Source: Acidimicrobiia bacterium (GTDB lineage Bacteria > Actinomycetota > Acidimicrobiia > Spongiisociales > ZC4RG35). From it: a stretch of DNA of 64,000 nt. The stretch lies in assembly GCA_041744375.1 (NCBI GenBank), contig JBGTLA010000053.1, positions 44,536 to 108,535 of the forward strand, read 5' to 3'. Positions within the stretch are counted from its first letter, which is position 1; every line of letters starts with the position of its first letter. The notes under the pieces are model-generated. The model made no database searches, was not told the DNA's origin, and saw only the letters and a program-made list of their open reading frames with translations. This document shows positions 1 through 10,036 of this stretch, piece after piece. Made by a program: the position numbers and the translations under genes.

Positions 1-68
1 GCCGACGCCCTCAAGCCGAAACAACAAAGGGCGACTGTGTTCTTCGAATACCCTGTCGAGGTTTGCTG

Positions 69-1727
69 ATGAGGAGCGGTGGTGAGGTCCTCGTCGACCA
101 GCTGCGAATTCACGGGGTAGACACGGTCTATACGGTGCCCGGCGAGAGCTTCCTACCAGCACTGGACGCTCTCTACGAGGGTCGTCAGGATATTCGGCTC
201 ATCACCGCTCGACATGAGGGTGGTGCATCGAACATGGCCGAGGCCCATGCCAAGCTGACCGGTGCCCCGGCAGTCTGCTTCGTCAACCGTGGTCCGGGGG
301 CCACCCACGCCACCAACGGTGTGCACACCGCCTATCAGGACTCGACCCCGGTGGTCGTCTTCATCGGGCAGGGGCCGCGGGGATTTCTCGATCGGGAGTC
401 GTTCCAAGAGATCGACCACAAGTTGCTGTTCGGCGAGCTGACCAAATGGTCCGGCCAGGTCGAAGATCCAAGGCGGATCCCCGAAATCGTCAGCAAGGCC
501 ATGCATGTCTCCATGGGAGGAAGGCCGGGCCCGGTCGCTGTTGCTCTTCCTGAGGACGTCTTGACCGAGAAGATAATTGTTGCCGACGCCCGGCGCTACC
601 GCATCACCCGGCCGCATCCGGGCACAGCGGAGATGACGGAGCTCAGGTCGATGCTCGAGCGGGCATCGCGGCCGGTCATGGTGGTGGGCGGTGGGGGATG
701 GACCAGGACCGCCAGCAGAGACCTACTCGCCTTTGCGGAGGCCAACCGCATACCGACCGCCGCCTCGTTTCGATGTCAGGACTACATCGACAACCACTCC
801 GACATCTACTTCGGTTACGGGGGCCTCGGTATTCGTCCCAAGCTGGCCAGCCGCATAACGGAAGCGGATCTCTTGTTGGTGGTGGGTGCCCGGCTGGGCG
901 AGGCCACCACCAATCGCTACTCGTTGGTGGATATCCCCGTGCCCCGCCAAGCCCTGGTGCACGTACACCTCGGACCTGAGGAACTCGGCTCGGTCTACCA
1001 ACCGGACCTGCCCATCAACAGCGGATACGCCGAGTTCGCCTCCGCCGCCCGGGCGTTGGAGCCGGTGGACCACGGGAGATGGGACTCTTGGGCCACCGAG
1101 GCTCGTTCCGACTACCTCGACGATCTCGAGCCACCCGATGCCCCTGGCCCCTTGAACCTCGCCACCGCAGTTCGACACATGAGTCGCGTGTTGCCCCCCG
1201 AGTCCATCATCACCAACGGTGCCGGCAACTTCACTGTTTGGGCTCACCGGTATTACGAGTTCACTCAGTTCAGAACGCAACTGGGCCCGACCAGCGGGTC
1301 GATGGCGTACGGGATACCTGCTGCGATCGCTGCCAAGGTCGTTCACCCCGGTCGCCCGGTGGTGGCCTTCACAGGCGACGGCGACTTCATGATGTCGGTC
1401 CAAGAGGTGGCCACGGCTGTCCAGCACCGCCTCGACCCGGTCATCGTGCTGATCAACAACGGGATGTTGGCCACTATGCGCATGCACCAGGAGCGCCAGT
1501 TCCCGGGACGTGTCTACGGTACCGACCTCGTGAACCCGGACTTTCAGGCGTTGGGCGCTTCGTTGGGCCTACACACTGAGATGGTCCGAAGCGATGCGGA
1601 TTTCCCCGGTGCCTTGGAGCGGGCCCTGGAGGCCGGCCGGGCAGCGTTGATCGAGCTGGTGGTCGACCCGGAGCAACTGACGCCCGGCAGGACGCTTTCC
1701 GGCACTCGCGAAGCGTCGTTGGGCTGA
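69..1727 (+). CDS. Thiamine-pyrophosphate-binding enzyme, acetolactate synthase large-subunit-like
   Basis: 554-aa ORF. The N-terminus 'GGEVLVDQLRIHGVDTVYTVPGE' matches the TPP-enzyme N-terminal domain. A central domain and a C-terminal 'GDGDFMM' TPP-binding motif are present. The ATG at 69 has GAGGT 8 nt upstream, and the ORF track's TTG at 63 is an alternative. Confidence 0.8.
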   Translation: MRSGGEVLVDQLRIHGVDTVYTVPGESFLPALDALYEGRQDIRLITARHEGGASNMAEAHAKLTGAPAVCFVNRGPGATHATNGVHTAYQDSTPVVVFIGQGPRGFLDRESFQEIDHKLLFGELTKWSGQVEDPRRIPEIVSKAMHVSMGGRPGPVAVALPEDVLTEKIIVADARRYRITRPHPGTAEMTELRSMLERASRPVMVVGGGGWTRTASRDLLAFAEANRIPTAASFRCQDYIDNHSDIYFGYGGLGIRPKLASRITEADLLLVVGARLGEATTNRYSLVDIPVPRQALVHVHLGPEELGSVYQPDLPINSGYAEFASAARALEPVDHGRWDSWATEARSDYLDDLEPPDAPGPLNLATAVRHMSRVLPPESIITNGAGNFTVWAHRYYEFTQFRTQLGPTSGSMAYGIPAAIAAKVVHPGRPVVAFTGDGDFMMSVQEVATAVQHRLDPVIVLINNGMLATMRMHQERQFPGRVYGTDLVNPDFQALGASLGLHTEMVRSDADFPGALERALEAGRAALIELVVDPEQLTPGRTLSGTREASLG

Positions 1728-1795
1728 CGGCGTTTTCGGGAATGGCGCTCCAGGGAACATCACTAGGGTGAGTGCACGGAGCCCAGGAGGAGTAG

Positions 1796-1999
1796 TTGCC
1801 ACTGATTCGAGTCGAGCTGTTCGATCACCGCATCGACGATGCGGTGAGCGCCAAGCTGATCGCGGGGATGACCGACGTCATGTGTGACGTCATCCACGAG
1901 AGCATGCGCGATCACACGTTCGTGATCGTCGAAGGCCATTCGCCGAAGAACTGGGGAGTGGGGGGTCGGCCCTGGCCGATCGAGGAAATGGAAGTCTGA
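1796..1999 (+). CDS. 4-oxalocrotonate tautomerase family protein
   Basis: 67-aa ORF starting 'MPLIRVELF' with Pro directly after Met, the size and catalytic Pro1 of the 4-OT family. TTG start with GGAGG 5 nt upstream. Confidence 0.7.
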   Translation: MPLIRVELFDHRIDDAVSAKLIAGMTDVMCDVIHESMRDHTFVIVEGHSPKNWGVGGRPWPIEEMEV

Positions 2000-2231
2000 T
2001 CGACCACGTTGCCCGTCGACGAGCAGCGCCCGGCAGTCGTGGGGGAGTTGGCCATGACTCAACCTATCCGGTCGGCCATCCACGCAGGCGTGAGCATGGC
2101 GGTGAGGGGCCGGGCGGCTCCGGCTCATCAGCGCCGGCCCCGCCATCGCGGGTTTCGTGGCGAGCAGGGTCCCGAAGACCTCGAGAAGCGATCGGGGACG
2201 GAAACGTGACCATCTTCGAAACGGAGGGCTC

Positions 2232-3809
2232 ATGGTGGTAGAACCCGTGCTCATCGACGGGGAGTGGCAGAAGTCCACCGGCGTGGGGACGTTTACGGCT
2301 CACGATCCGAAGACCGGCGAGGCCCTGCCTGCGAGTTTCCCGATGTCGGGAATGGATGACCTGGCCAGGGCACTGGACTCGGCTCGTAGGACCGTCCGAG
2401 AGCTGCGTCAGGTCCCCGCGGAGGTATTGGCAGGGTTCTTAACTGCATTTGCAGACGGGCTTATCGCCAACCGAGACGCATTGGTGGTGAGCGCCCATCA
2501 AGAGACCGGGCTCGCGGTCGAGCCTCGACTGAACAGTGTGGAGCTACCCCGCACTGTCGACCAGCTCCACCAGGCGGCGCGAGAGGTGCGCGATCGTTCC
2601 TGGGTAGCGGCGACGATCGACACAGCCGCCGGAATCCGGTCGATGTTCCGTCCGTTGTCAAAACCCGTTGCGGTATTCGGTCCCAACAATTTCCCATTCG
2701 CCTTCAATTCGGTCTCCGGTGGCGACTTCGCGGCGGCGGTGGCCGCGGGCAATCCGGTCATCGCCAAAGCCCATCCCGGTCACCCGATGACTACGAAGCT
2801 GATCGCCGATGTGGCCCGGGAGGCGATCGAGTCGTCGGGGCTGCCTCCCGCAATGCTGCAGTTGGTCTATGGGCTCCGGCCCGAGGACGGGACGGCCTTG
2901 GCGAGCAGCGGCGACTTGGGGGCGATCGCCTTCACCGGCAGCAGGCGCGGTGGTCTGAGTCTCAAAGCACCGGCGGACGCCGCCGGTGTTCCGATCTACC
3001 TGGAGATGAGCAGCGTCAACCCGGTGTTCGTCCTGTCGGGCGCACTGGCGAGCAGAGGCGACGAGATCGCCGTCGAGTTCTTCGGCTCTTGCACTCTCGG
3101 CGTGGGGCAGTTCTGCACCAACCCCGGCCTCGTGGTCGTTCCGGCTGGGCCCGAGGGAGACGCGTTCGTCGACACCGCCAAGAGACTCTTCGGAGAGGGA
3201 GAAACGGGTACGTTGCTCGGGCCGTCCAGCCATGTGGCTTCGGCGGTGAGGGAGCTCGAGGCGGCGGGAGCCGAAATCCTCATCGGCGGGTCGAGCGGGA
3301 AAGGCGAAGGCTTCCGATTCGCCAACACACTGCTCACCGCCTCCGCCGGCCAGTTCCTGGCCGATCCGGTGGCGATGCAGGCAGAAGCGTTCGGTCCGGT
3401 CTCGCTCATCGTCAGGGCCGGCAGCGTCGACGAGATGGTGGGCATAGCCGAAGCGCTCGAAGGCAATCTGACCGGGTCCATCTATTCGGCTGCGAACGGC
3501 GCCGACGAAGATGCCTACCGGCTGCTCGAGCCGGAGTTGAGGCCGCACGTCGGCCGTCTTCTCAACGACAAGATGCCCACGGGAGTAGCTGTCTCGCCGG
3601 CTATGAACCATGGCGGGCCTTACCCGGCGACAGGTCATCCGGGGTTCACGGCTGTTGGGCTGCCGGCCGCCATCCATCGCTTCGCCGCTCTTCATTGCTA
3701 CGACAACGTGGCTCATCATCGACTGCCGATCGAGATCCAGGACAAGAATCCCAACGGCAGAATGTTCCGCTACATCGACCGGGTGTGGACTCGCGAGGAC
3801 GTGTCATGA
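2232..3809 (+). CDS. NAD(P)-dependent aldehyde dehydrogenase (alpha-ketoglutarate semialdehyde dehydrogenase-like)
   Basis: Aldehyde dehydrogenase superfamily fold with 'FTGS' and 'EMSSVNP' style motifs. The ATG at 2232 (MVVEPVLIDGEWQ) is preceded by GGAGGG. The ORF-track start at 2157 is an upstream in-frame extension. Confidence 0.8.
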   Translation: MVVEPVLIDGEWQKSTGVGTFTAHDPKTGEALPASFPMSGMDDLARALDSARRTVRELRQVPAEVLAGFLTAFADGLIANRDALVVSAHQETGLAVEPRLNSVELPRTVDQLHQAAREVRDRSWVAATIDTAAGIRSMFRPLSKPVAVFGPNNFPFAFNSVSGGDFAAAVAAGNPVIAKAHPGHPMTTKLIADVAREAIESSGLPPAMLQLVYGLRPEDGTALASSGDLGAIAFTGSRRGGLSLKAPADAAGVPIYLEMSSVNPVFVLSGALASRGDEIAVEFFGSCTLGVGQFCTNPGLVVVPAGPEGDAFVDTAKRLFGEGETGTLLGPSSHVASAVRELEAAGAEILIGGSSGKGEGFRFANTLLTASAGQFLADPVAMQAEAFGPVSLIVRAGSVDEMVGIAEALEGNLTGSIYSAANGADEDAYRLLEPELRPHVGRLLNDKMPTGVAVSPAMNHGGPYPATGHPGFTAVGLPAAIHRFAALHCYDNVAHHRLPIEIQDKNPNGRMFRYIDRVWTREDVS

Positions 3810-4999
3810 CCGTCGCCATGGTGTCTGCTCTTCGTCCCGAAGCGGCCCTTCCGTTCGACGCCACCACCGGGACCCTCGTCGGTCGGGCCTGGCTACCGGG
3901 AAATCCTCCCGGGCCTGGTGTCGTGGTCGTGAGAGAAGGCGCTGTGTACGACATCTCGACGACAACTCCGACGATGTCCGCCTTGTGTAATCACCCGGAT
4001 CCGGTGGCCGTGGCGTCATCCGACGGAATCGCCCTCGGCTCCATCGAGTCGATACTCGCCAACAGTGCCTGGGACCTGCGCGAGCCGTCTCTGGCGTGGT
4101 TGATGGCGCCGGTCGACCTGCAGACGGTGAAGGCGAGTGGCGTCACGTTTGCCGAGAGCCTGTTGGAGAGGGTGATCGAAGAGCAAGCAGGAGGCAACAG
4201 AGCGGCGGCTGATGAGATCCGGGAGCGAATCACCGCCGTCATCGGTGACGACCTGTCTCAGATCGTGCCCGGTTCCGACGCGGCCATGAGCCTGAAGCGC
4301 CACCTCGTCGCCGAAGGTGTCTGGTCCCCCTACCTGGAGGTCGGCATCGGTCCTGACGCCGAGGTGTTCACCAAGGCCCCGCCCATGGCCGCCGTCGGTA
4401 CTGGGGCCGAGGTGGGTGTTCGTCGCGACTCCGACTGGAACAACTCGGAGCCCGAATTGGTGATGGTGGTATCCGCGGCCGGCACAATCGTGGGCGCTTC
4501 CCTCGGAAACGATGTCAACCTGCGCGACATCGAAGGCCGGAGCTCACTCCTGCTGGGGAAGGCAAAGGACAACAATGCAGCCGCCGCCATTGGCCCATTC
4601 CTGCGGTTGGTGGATGGGTCGATGTCCGTGGGGGACTTGAAGGGACTGACCATCGACATCTCAGTGAAGGGCGAAGACGGTTTCGAGATGCACGGACACA
4701 ACTCGATGAGCCGGATCAGTCGAGACGTCGAGGATCTGGTGGCAGCAACAATCGGAGAGAGCCATCAGTATCCCGACGGCATGGCCCTGTACGCGGGGAC
4801 GATGTTCGCTCCCACCATGGATCGCGACATACTCGGCGAGGGATTCACCCACAAGGTAGGGGACATAGTCGAGATCTCCTGCCCACAGTTGGGAACCCTG
4901 GTGAATCGTGTGAATCTGTGCGAAGACGTCGAGCCGTGGACGTTCGGGGCAGGGGCTCTCATGGCCAATCTGGCCGAGCGGCGTCTGCTGGGAGGCTAG
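3806..4999 (+). CDS. Fumarylacetoacetate hydrolase (FAH) family protein, possible 2-keto-3-deoxy sugar-acid dehydratase
   Basis: 397-aa protein whose C-terminal half resembles the FAH fold ('GDIVEISCPQLGTLVNRV'). The ATG overlaps the upstream stop (ATGA). The long ORF called at 3089 is an out-of-context 5' extension. Family call is moderate. Confidence 0.5.
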   Translation: MTVAMVSALRPEAALPFDATTGTLVGRAWLPGNPPGPGVVVVREGAVYDISTTTPTMSALCNHPDPVAVASSDGIALGSIESILANSAWDLREPSLAWLMAPVDLQTVKASGVTFAESLLERVIEEQAGGNRAAADEIRERITAVIGDDLSQIVPGSDAAMSLKRHLVAEGVWSPYLEVGIGPDAEVFTKAPPMAAVGTGAEVGVRRDSDWNNSEPELVMVVSAAGTIVGASLGNDVNLRDIEGRSSLLLGKAKDNNAAAAIGPFLRLVDGSMSVGDLKGLTIDISVKGEDGFEMHGHNSMSRISRDVEDLVAATIGESHQYPDGMALYAGTMFAPTMDRDILGEGFTHKVGDIVEISCPQLGTLVNRVNLCEDVEPWTFGAGALMANLAERRLLGG

Positions 5000-5093
5000 A
5001 GGACAGTGTTGAAAGGTTCGACCCCCACCAGCCGGGGGACGTTCTCACCGTTAACCCCCTACCCTGGATGAGAATGCGACACGGGAGATCTAG

Positions 5094-6683
5094 ATGAGAT
5101 CGTTGAAACCCCATGGGATCACCCCGGCTCTTGCCGTTCATTGGGATCTGACCACGCCCGAGCTCTATGAGCACACGCTCCTGCGGGGGGAAGGCGAAAT
5201 CGCTCATCAGGGAGCCTTGGTGGTCGACACGGTCCCCTACACCGGTCGCAGTCCCAAGGACAAATATGTGATCCGAGAAGCGAGCACCGAGGGTGAAATC
5301 TGGTGGGGAGAGTTCAACCACCCCATGGAACCTGAGGCGTACGACGCCCTCTATGCGCGCGTGTGCGAGCACCTGAGCCAGCGTGATCTGTACGTGCAGG
5401 ACATGTATGCGGGAGCCGATCCCAAGAATCGTCTGTCGGTGCGGGCCATCACCGAGAGCCCTTGGCATGCTCTGTTCTGTAGGAACATGTTCATCCTTCG
5501 ACGCAGATTCGAGAGCTCAGACGAAATCGAGTCCTTCGTGCCCGACTTCACGATCGTCCACGCTCCGAGCTTCCAGGCTGTGCCCGAACGTGATGGCACC
5601 CGCAGTGAGGTCTTCATCTGTATCAGCTTCGAACGCAAAGTGCTGCTCATCGGCGGCACCACCTACGCCGGGGAGATGAAGAAGTCGGTCTTCTCGGTGA
5701 TGAACTACTTGCTCCCCAAGCGCGACGTGCTGTCGATGCACGCTTCCGCCAGCGTAGGACGCGAAAGGGGCGACTCGGCCGTCATCTTCGGGCTATCCGG
5801 GACTGGGAAAACCACCCTGGCCACCGACCCGTCCCGCCTCATGGTGGGTGATGACGAAATCGGATGGGGGGCCGGAGGGATCTTCAACATCGAAGGCGGT
5901 TCGTACGCCAAGACCATCAACCTGTCGGTGGAGGATGAGCCGCTCATCTTCCAGGCGGCCAATCGATTCGAGACCATTCTCGAGAACGTGGTGGTCAGCC
6001 CTGACACCCGTCGCCCCATCTTCAGCGACGGGTCGAAGACGGAGAACACCCGCTGTGCTTATCCGCTGGGTCATCTCCCCAACGCCGAGCCGAACATGAC
6101 CGGGCCCCACCCCCGCAACATCGTGTACTTGTCGGCCGACGCCTTCGGCGTCCTACCACCCATCTCCCGGCTCACACGTGAACAGGCCATGTACTACTTT
6201 CTCAGCGGGTACACCGCCAAGCTGGCAGGTACCGAGCGGGGCGTAACCGAGCCGGCGGCCACCTTTTCGCCCTGCTTCGGAGCACCTTTCCTTCCGCTCC
6301 CACCCTCCTACTACGCCAACGTCCTCGCCGGCAAGATCGACGAGCACGACTGTCGAGTGTGGATGATCAACACCGGATGGAGCGGCGGACCCTACGGCGT
6401 GGGCAGCCGTATTCGCATACCGCACACCAGGGCAATGCTCAACGCCGCCCTCGAAGGAAAGCTCGACGACGTCGAGTACATCGACGATCCCGGCTTCGGT
6501 CTTGCCGTGCCCGCTTCGGTTCCGGGCGTTCCCTCAGAACTGCTGATGCCAGAGAGGACGTGGAAGGACGGCGCCGCCTTCAAACAGGGGGCGCGTGATC
6601 TCGCCGAGATGTTCGAATCGAATTTCGCGTCCTACGCAGACGGCGTCGACGAGTCCGTCGCTCGGTCAGGACCGAGGGTTTAG
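5094..6683 (+). CDS. pckA: Phosphoenolpyruvate carboxykinase (ATP)
   Basis: 529-aa protein with the ATP-PEPCK kinase-1a P-loop '[11 protein letters not shown]' and an N-terminal '[14 protein letters not shown]' region. Confidence 0.93.
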   Translation: MRSLKPHGITPALAVHWDLTTPELYEHTLLRGEGEIAHQGALVVDTVPYTGRSPKDKYVIREASTEGEIWWGEFNHPMEPEAYDALYARVCEHLSQRDLYVQDMYAGADPKNRLSVRAITESPWHALFCRNMFILRRRFESSDEIESFVPDFTIVHAPSFQAVPERDGTRSEVFICISFERKVLLIGGTTYAGEMKKSVFSVMNYLLPKRDVLSMHASASVGRERGDSAVIFGLSGTGKTTLATDPSRLMVGDDEIGWGAGGIFNIEGGSYAKTINLSVEDEPLIFQAANRFETILENVVVSPDTRRPIFSDGSKTENTRCAYPLGHLPNAEPNMTGPHPRNIVYLSADAFGVLPPISRLTREQAMYYFLSGYTAKLAGTERGVTEPAATFSPCFGAPFLPLPPSYYANVLAGKIDEHDCRVWMINTGWSGGPYGVGSRIRIPHTRAMLNAALEGKLDDVEYIDDPGFGLAVPASVPGVPSELLMPERTWKDGAAFKQGARDLAEMFESNFASYADGVDESVARSGPRV

Positions 6684-6686
6684 GCC

Positions 6687-7391
6687 TCAGGAGCCGACTT
6701 TCCCGGCCACGTCTGGGGGTCCGCCCGTTCTCTTCTGCAGCCGGGATGCCACAGAGCGGGCGCCCACGGCGAAAGTGGCGTTGACCACGGCATGGACGCC
6801 GACGGAGGCCCAGATCCCCCCGGTGACGAGGCGGAGCCATCCGAGGACGAATCCGGCGACGAGTGTCATCGCCAGGGTGGTCGAGAGCCAGCGACCGATC
6901 GGATAGCCCTCGCGTCGGGCTTGCTGGCGGGCCACCACCACATGTCCCAAGGCGAAGGCGACCGAGCTACCGACCCACGCCAGCGGCACCCCCCCGAGTT
7001 GGGCCAATAGGGCCCAGACGACGCCCCGGAACAAGATCTCCTCGGTGAGGGCCGTGAGCACGGGGATGCGCACGAGCGTGTGGGCTACGAATCCTCTCCG
7101 CGACATGCCCATGATCCGGCGATCGGCGATCAGGCGGGCGATGGCAGGAAAGACGTGGCCTAGTATCACCACCGAACCGGAGATCACCGCTGCCACGAGT
7201 GTCCAGGTGCCTGCTTGCCTCCACCCGCGTTCGGGATCGACGATGGAGAACAGCCACAGCGCCCCGCCGAGTCCCGCCAAGGTCAGACCGACTGAGACGA
7301 CGAGCTGGCGACAGCGCGCCGGCGTCAGATGGAGAGCGTTGTTCCAGCCGGTCACCGAGACGACGACCAAGGCTGCGACTACGGTCTCCAT
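6687..7391 (-). CDS. CPBP family intramembrane metalloprotease (CAAX protease-like)
   Basis: Polytopic membrane protein carrying the CPBP motifs 'EEILFRG' and 'FALGH'. Confidence 0.8.
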   Translation of the reverse strand: METVVAALVVVSVTGWNNALHLTPARCRQLVVSVGLTLAGLGGALWLFSIVDPERGWRQAGTWTLVAAVISGSVVILGHVFPAIARLIADRRIMGMSRRGFVAHTLVRIPVLTALTEEILFRGVVWALLAQLGGVPLAWVGSSVAFALGHVVVARQQARREGYPIGRWLSTTLAMTLVAGFVLGWLRLVTGGIWASVGVHAVVNATFAVGARSVASRLQKRTGGPPDVAGKVGS

Positions 7392-7605
7392 GATTTCGCT
7401 CTCCGCCCTTCGACGATCGATGGGTGGGCCGCAACGGCGGAGCAGTCGTGAGAGCGCCGCCGCAGGCCATGCCTTCTTCCCAGGCTATCGGACTGCCAGG
7501 GGAATGAGCTGAAGCGATGCGGCATCGAGGTCCGAGACGATCCATGTTGGATATGGTTGTGCTCGCTGTCTGATCGGAAGAGCCGGGCCAAAGGAGCGCA
7601 GAGAG

Positions 7606-9633
7606 GTGTCGCGATCGAAGGATCTTCGTCGGCTGATGGCTCGACGCGCCACCGACGCGGGGTTGGTGGCGGCCGCCGCCGGCGTGCCCGACGGTTTTCA
7701 ACGCACCCTCACCAGTCGTTCCAATCTCGACCAGGCCATAGTGTCGGGCCTGACTTTCGTCATCGAACAAGGCGTCGTCTCGACCATTCAGGAGACCATC
7801 CAGAGTCTGGCGTTGAGGGTGGCCAACGAAGGTTCGGGCCTCGACCCGCGCACGTGGAGTCGTTTCAGCCTCGGGGCCGACGGAGTAGCGGTAGCGGTGG
7901 GGCTCGGGTTGCAATCGGCTTTGCGCCAGACCGAGCAGGAATCGACCGCACGGGCGGTTGGGCGCACCGGCGGGCGGTTTCTCTCGCTGGCCGGAATCTC
8001 GGGCGTCGTGGCCGGGGGCGTGCACGAAGCCGCCGAGGCTGGAAGGTCCCCTACGAGCCGCTCGAGCAGAATCGGCCTCGTCGTCGCCGCCGGATCTGCG
8101 GCCGCCGTCGGCGAGTACCGCCGCCGTCGCCGAGAACGCCTCGATGAAAGCGGCCATTCTGAGGAAACGGAGATCTCGGCTGTCCGCTCCCTGGTGCTGG
8201 GGGTGGCAGTGTCGATCGGAGCGACGGGCATGGGGCGAGCCGAAGGCTGGTTCAGTTGCAGGGTGTCCGACGTGCTCTCTCGGGTGCTTCCCGGCGACGA
8301 GTTGATCTGGCGTCCTGTTGGTCACCTTGCCGCACTCGGTCTGTTCGCGTTGGGGGGCCGTGCCGGAGCCCAGGTCGTCTTCCGTCGGATCGAAGGAGGC
8401 CAATTCGGATTCGAGGCGGCGTTGGACGTGCCTCCTCTGGAGAGGGAGGTGTCCGGGTCCTCTGCCAGCATCGTGCCGTACCCGACCATGGCGAAAATGG
8501 GCCGGAGAATGGTATGGACACTGCGACGGCCCGAAGAGATCGGGCGGGTCATGGACGAGAATGCAGTCGCCCATCCGGTGCGGATCTACGGCGGCCTGGC
8601 ATTGGCGGACACGCCGGCGGAGAGAGTCTCGATTGCCCTCGACGATCTCGAACGTGCCGGGGGTTTCGATCGCTCCTGGCTCATGTTGGTATCCCCGACA
8701 GGGACTGGGTATGTCAACTACGCCGCCGTCGGGGCACTCGAGTTCCTGACGAAGGGCGACTGTGCCACGGTGGCGTTGCAGTACTCGGCTAGACCCTCGC
8801 CGATATCTCTCGATCGAGTCAACGAAGGGCGAGAACAATTCCGCCTCCTCGTAGATGCCGTCATGTCACGACTGTCGACCCGGGGGTCGGTACCTCGGAT
8901 CGTAATTTTCGGCGAAAGTCTGGGAGCGTGGACAAGCCAGGACGCATTCCTCCATCGGGGGACCGAAGGTCTGGTGGAAGTTGGAGTCGACCACGCTGTC
9001 TGGATCGGCACCCCCTACGAGAGCAAGTGGAAATCCCAGGTACTGAAGGAGGACCGATCCGACGTCGATCGGTCGCTGGTCGGGGTGTTCAACGACATCG
9101 GGGAGTGGGACGCCCTCGACGACGAGACCCGGGCAGGGATCCGATACGTGATGGTCACCCACCACAACGACGGCGTGGCCTTGTTCGGGGCATCACTGCT
9201 CGTGCGCCAGCCCGACTGGCTAGGAGACCCGGCCGAGCGTCCGCCCGGGGTTCCTCGGTCGCAACGATGGATACCCGTGACGACCTTCGTCCAGACGCTC
9301 ATCGACATGAAGAACGCAGCCCGGGTGGTGCCGGGGGTCTTCGAGGCCGACGGTCACGACTATCGGGCCGACCTTCCGCCCTTCCTGAGAGCCGTGCTCG
9401 GGCTGGAGGCGACTTCGGAGCAACTGGAACGAATCACGCTGGCGCTGGAGGCGGAAGAAGCCCTTCGAACCGAGTGGCTGACACGGCACGGGAGCACCGG
9501 TCAGGGCATGGCGAACGAGCTGCTCCGTCGTATCCGGGACGCGGCTCCCGAGGTGTACGAGGCGGCTTTCGCCGAACTCAGAGATGACATGCGCGCCAGG
9601 CAGGAGGTTTGGGAGTCCAACCGGCGGAGCTGA
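7606..9633 (+). CDS. Membrane-anchored alpha/beta-hydrolase family protein (Abhydrolase_9-like)
   Basis: 675 aa with N-terminal transmembrane segments and a C-terminal alpha/beta-hydrolase region containing the nucleophile elbow 'GESLG'. GTG start with AAGGAG upstream. Family assignment is moderate. Confidence 0.6.
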   Translation: MSRSKDLRRLMARRATDAGLVAAAAGVPDGFQRTLTSRSNLDQAIVSGLTFVIEQGVVSTIQETIQSLALRVANEGSGLDPRTWSRFSLGADGVAVAVGLGLQSALRQTEQESTARAVGRTGGRFLSLAGISGVVAGGVHEAAEAGRSPTSRSSRIGLVVAAGSAAAVGEYRRRRRERLDESGHSEETEISAVRSLVLGVAVSIGATGMGRAEGWFSCRVSDVLSRVLPGDELIWRPVGHLAALGLFALGGRAGAQVVFRRIEGGQFGFEAALDVPPLEREVSGSSASIVPYPTMAKMGRRMVWTLRRPEEIGRVMDENAVAHPVRIYGGLALADTPAERVSIALDDLERAGGFDRSWLMLVSPTGTGYVNYAAVGALEFLTKGDCATVALQYSARPSPISLDRVNEGREQFRLLVDAVMSRLSTRGSVPRIVIFGESLGAWTSQDAFLHRGTEGLVEVGVDHAVWIGTPYESKWKSQVLKEDRSDVDRSLVGVFNDIGEWDALDDETRAGIRYVMVTHHNDGVALFGASLLVRQPDWLGDPAERPPGVPRSQRWIPVTTFVQTLIDMKNAARVVPGVFEADGHDYRADLPPFLRAVLGLEATSEQLERITLALEAEEALRTEWLTRHGSTGQGMANELLRRIRDAAPEVYEAAFAELRDDMRARQEVWESNRRS

Positions 9634-10036
9634 CTCGGGACGCCGACAACCAACTGCTGTCGACTTCGCACTGCGGCCAAGCCCCACCAACCCCCCAGCC
9701 GGTAGCTCGAACCCCCTAAGAGAACAGGCGGATAGACGGCCGGCCAGGGAGCGCCGCGATAGCGCGGCTCCGGTTCCTTCAGCCGTCCCTATCCCCTAAG
9801 CCGACGCCGGGGTCATGAAGGCAGCCCCGTCAGTATATCCAGGAGGCTGCCGGCGCCACGTCCGCGGCCGACGAGCTGGCCAAACTGGCCGACCTGAAGA
9901 ACAGTGGCGTTCTCACAGACGACGAATTCCACCGTCAGAAGGCGAAATCCTCGTTTGACGGCGGCCTCGGCCGGGTGAGCGGTCGCAGCCTTCGCACGGC
10001 GCGGTGCAGGATGTCTGGCGGGTATCCTCGGAGGCG

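Noticed and set aside
3089-3805. 5' extension of the 636-aa ORF called at 3089..4999
   Set aside because: The extension overlaps the aldehyde dehydrogenase gene out of frame. The real FAH-family gene starts at the ATG overlapping the ALDH stop (3806).
6967-8838. 623-aa minus-strand ORF
   Set aside because: Antisense to the alpha/beta-hydrolase gene and the CPBP region. Low-complexity Arg/Pro/Gly content and no domain signatures.
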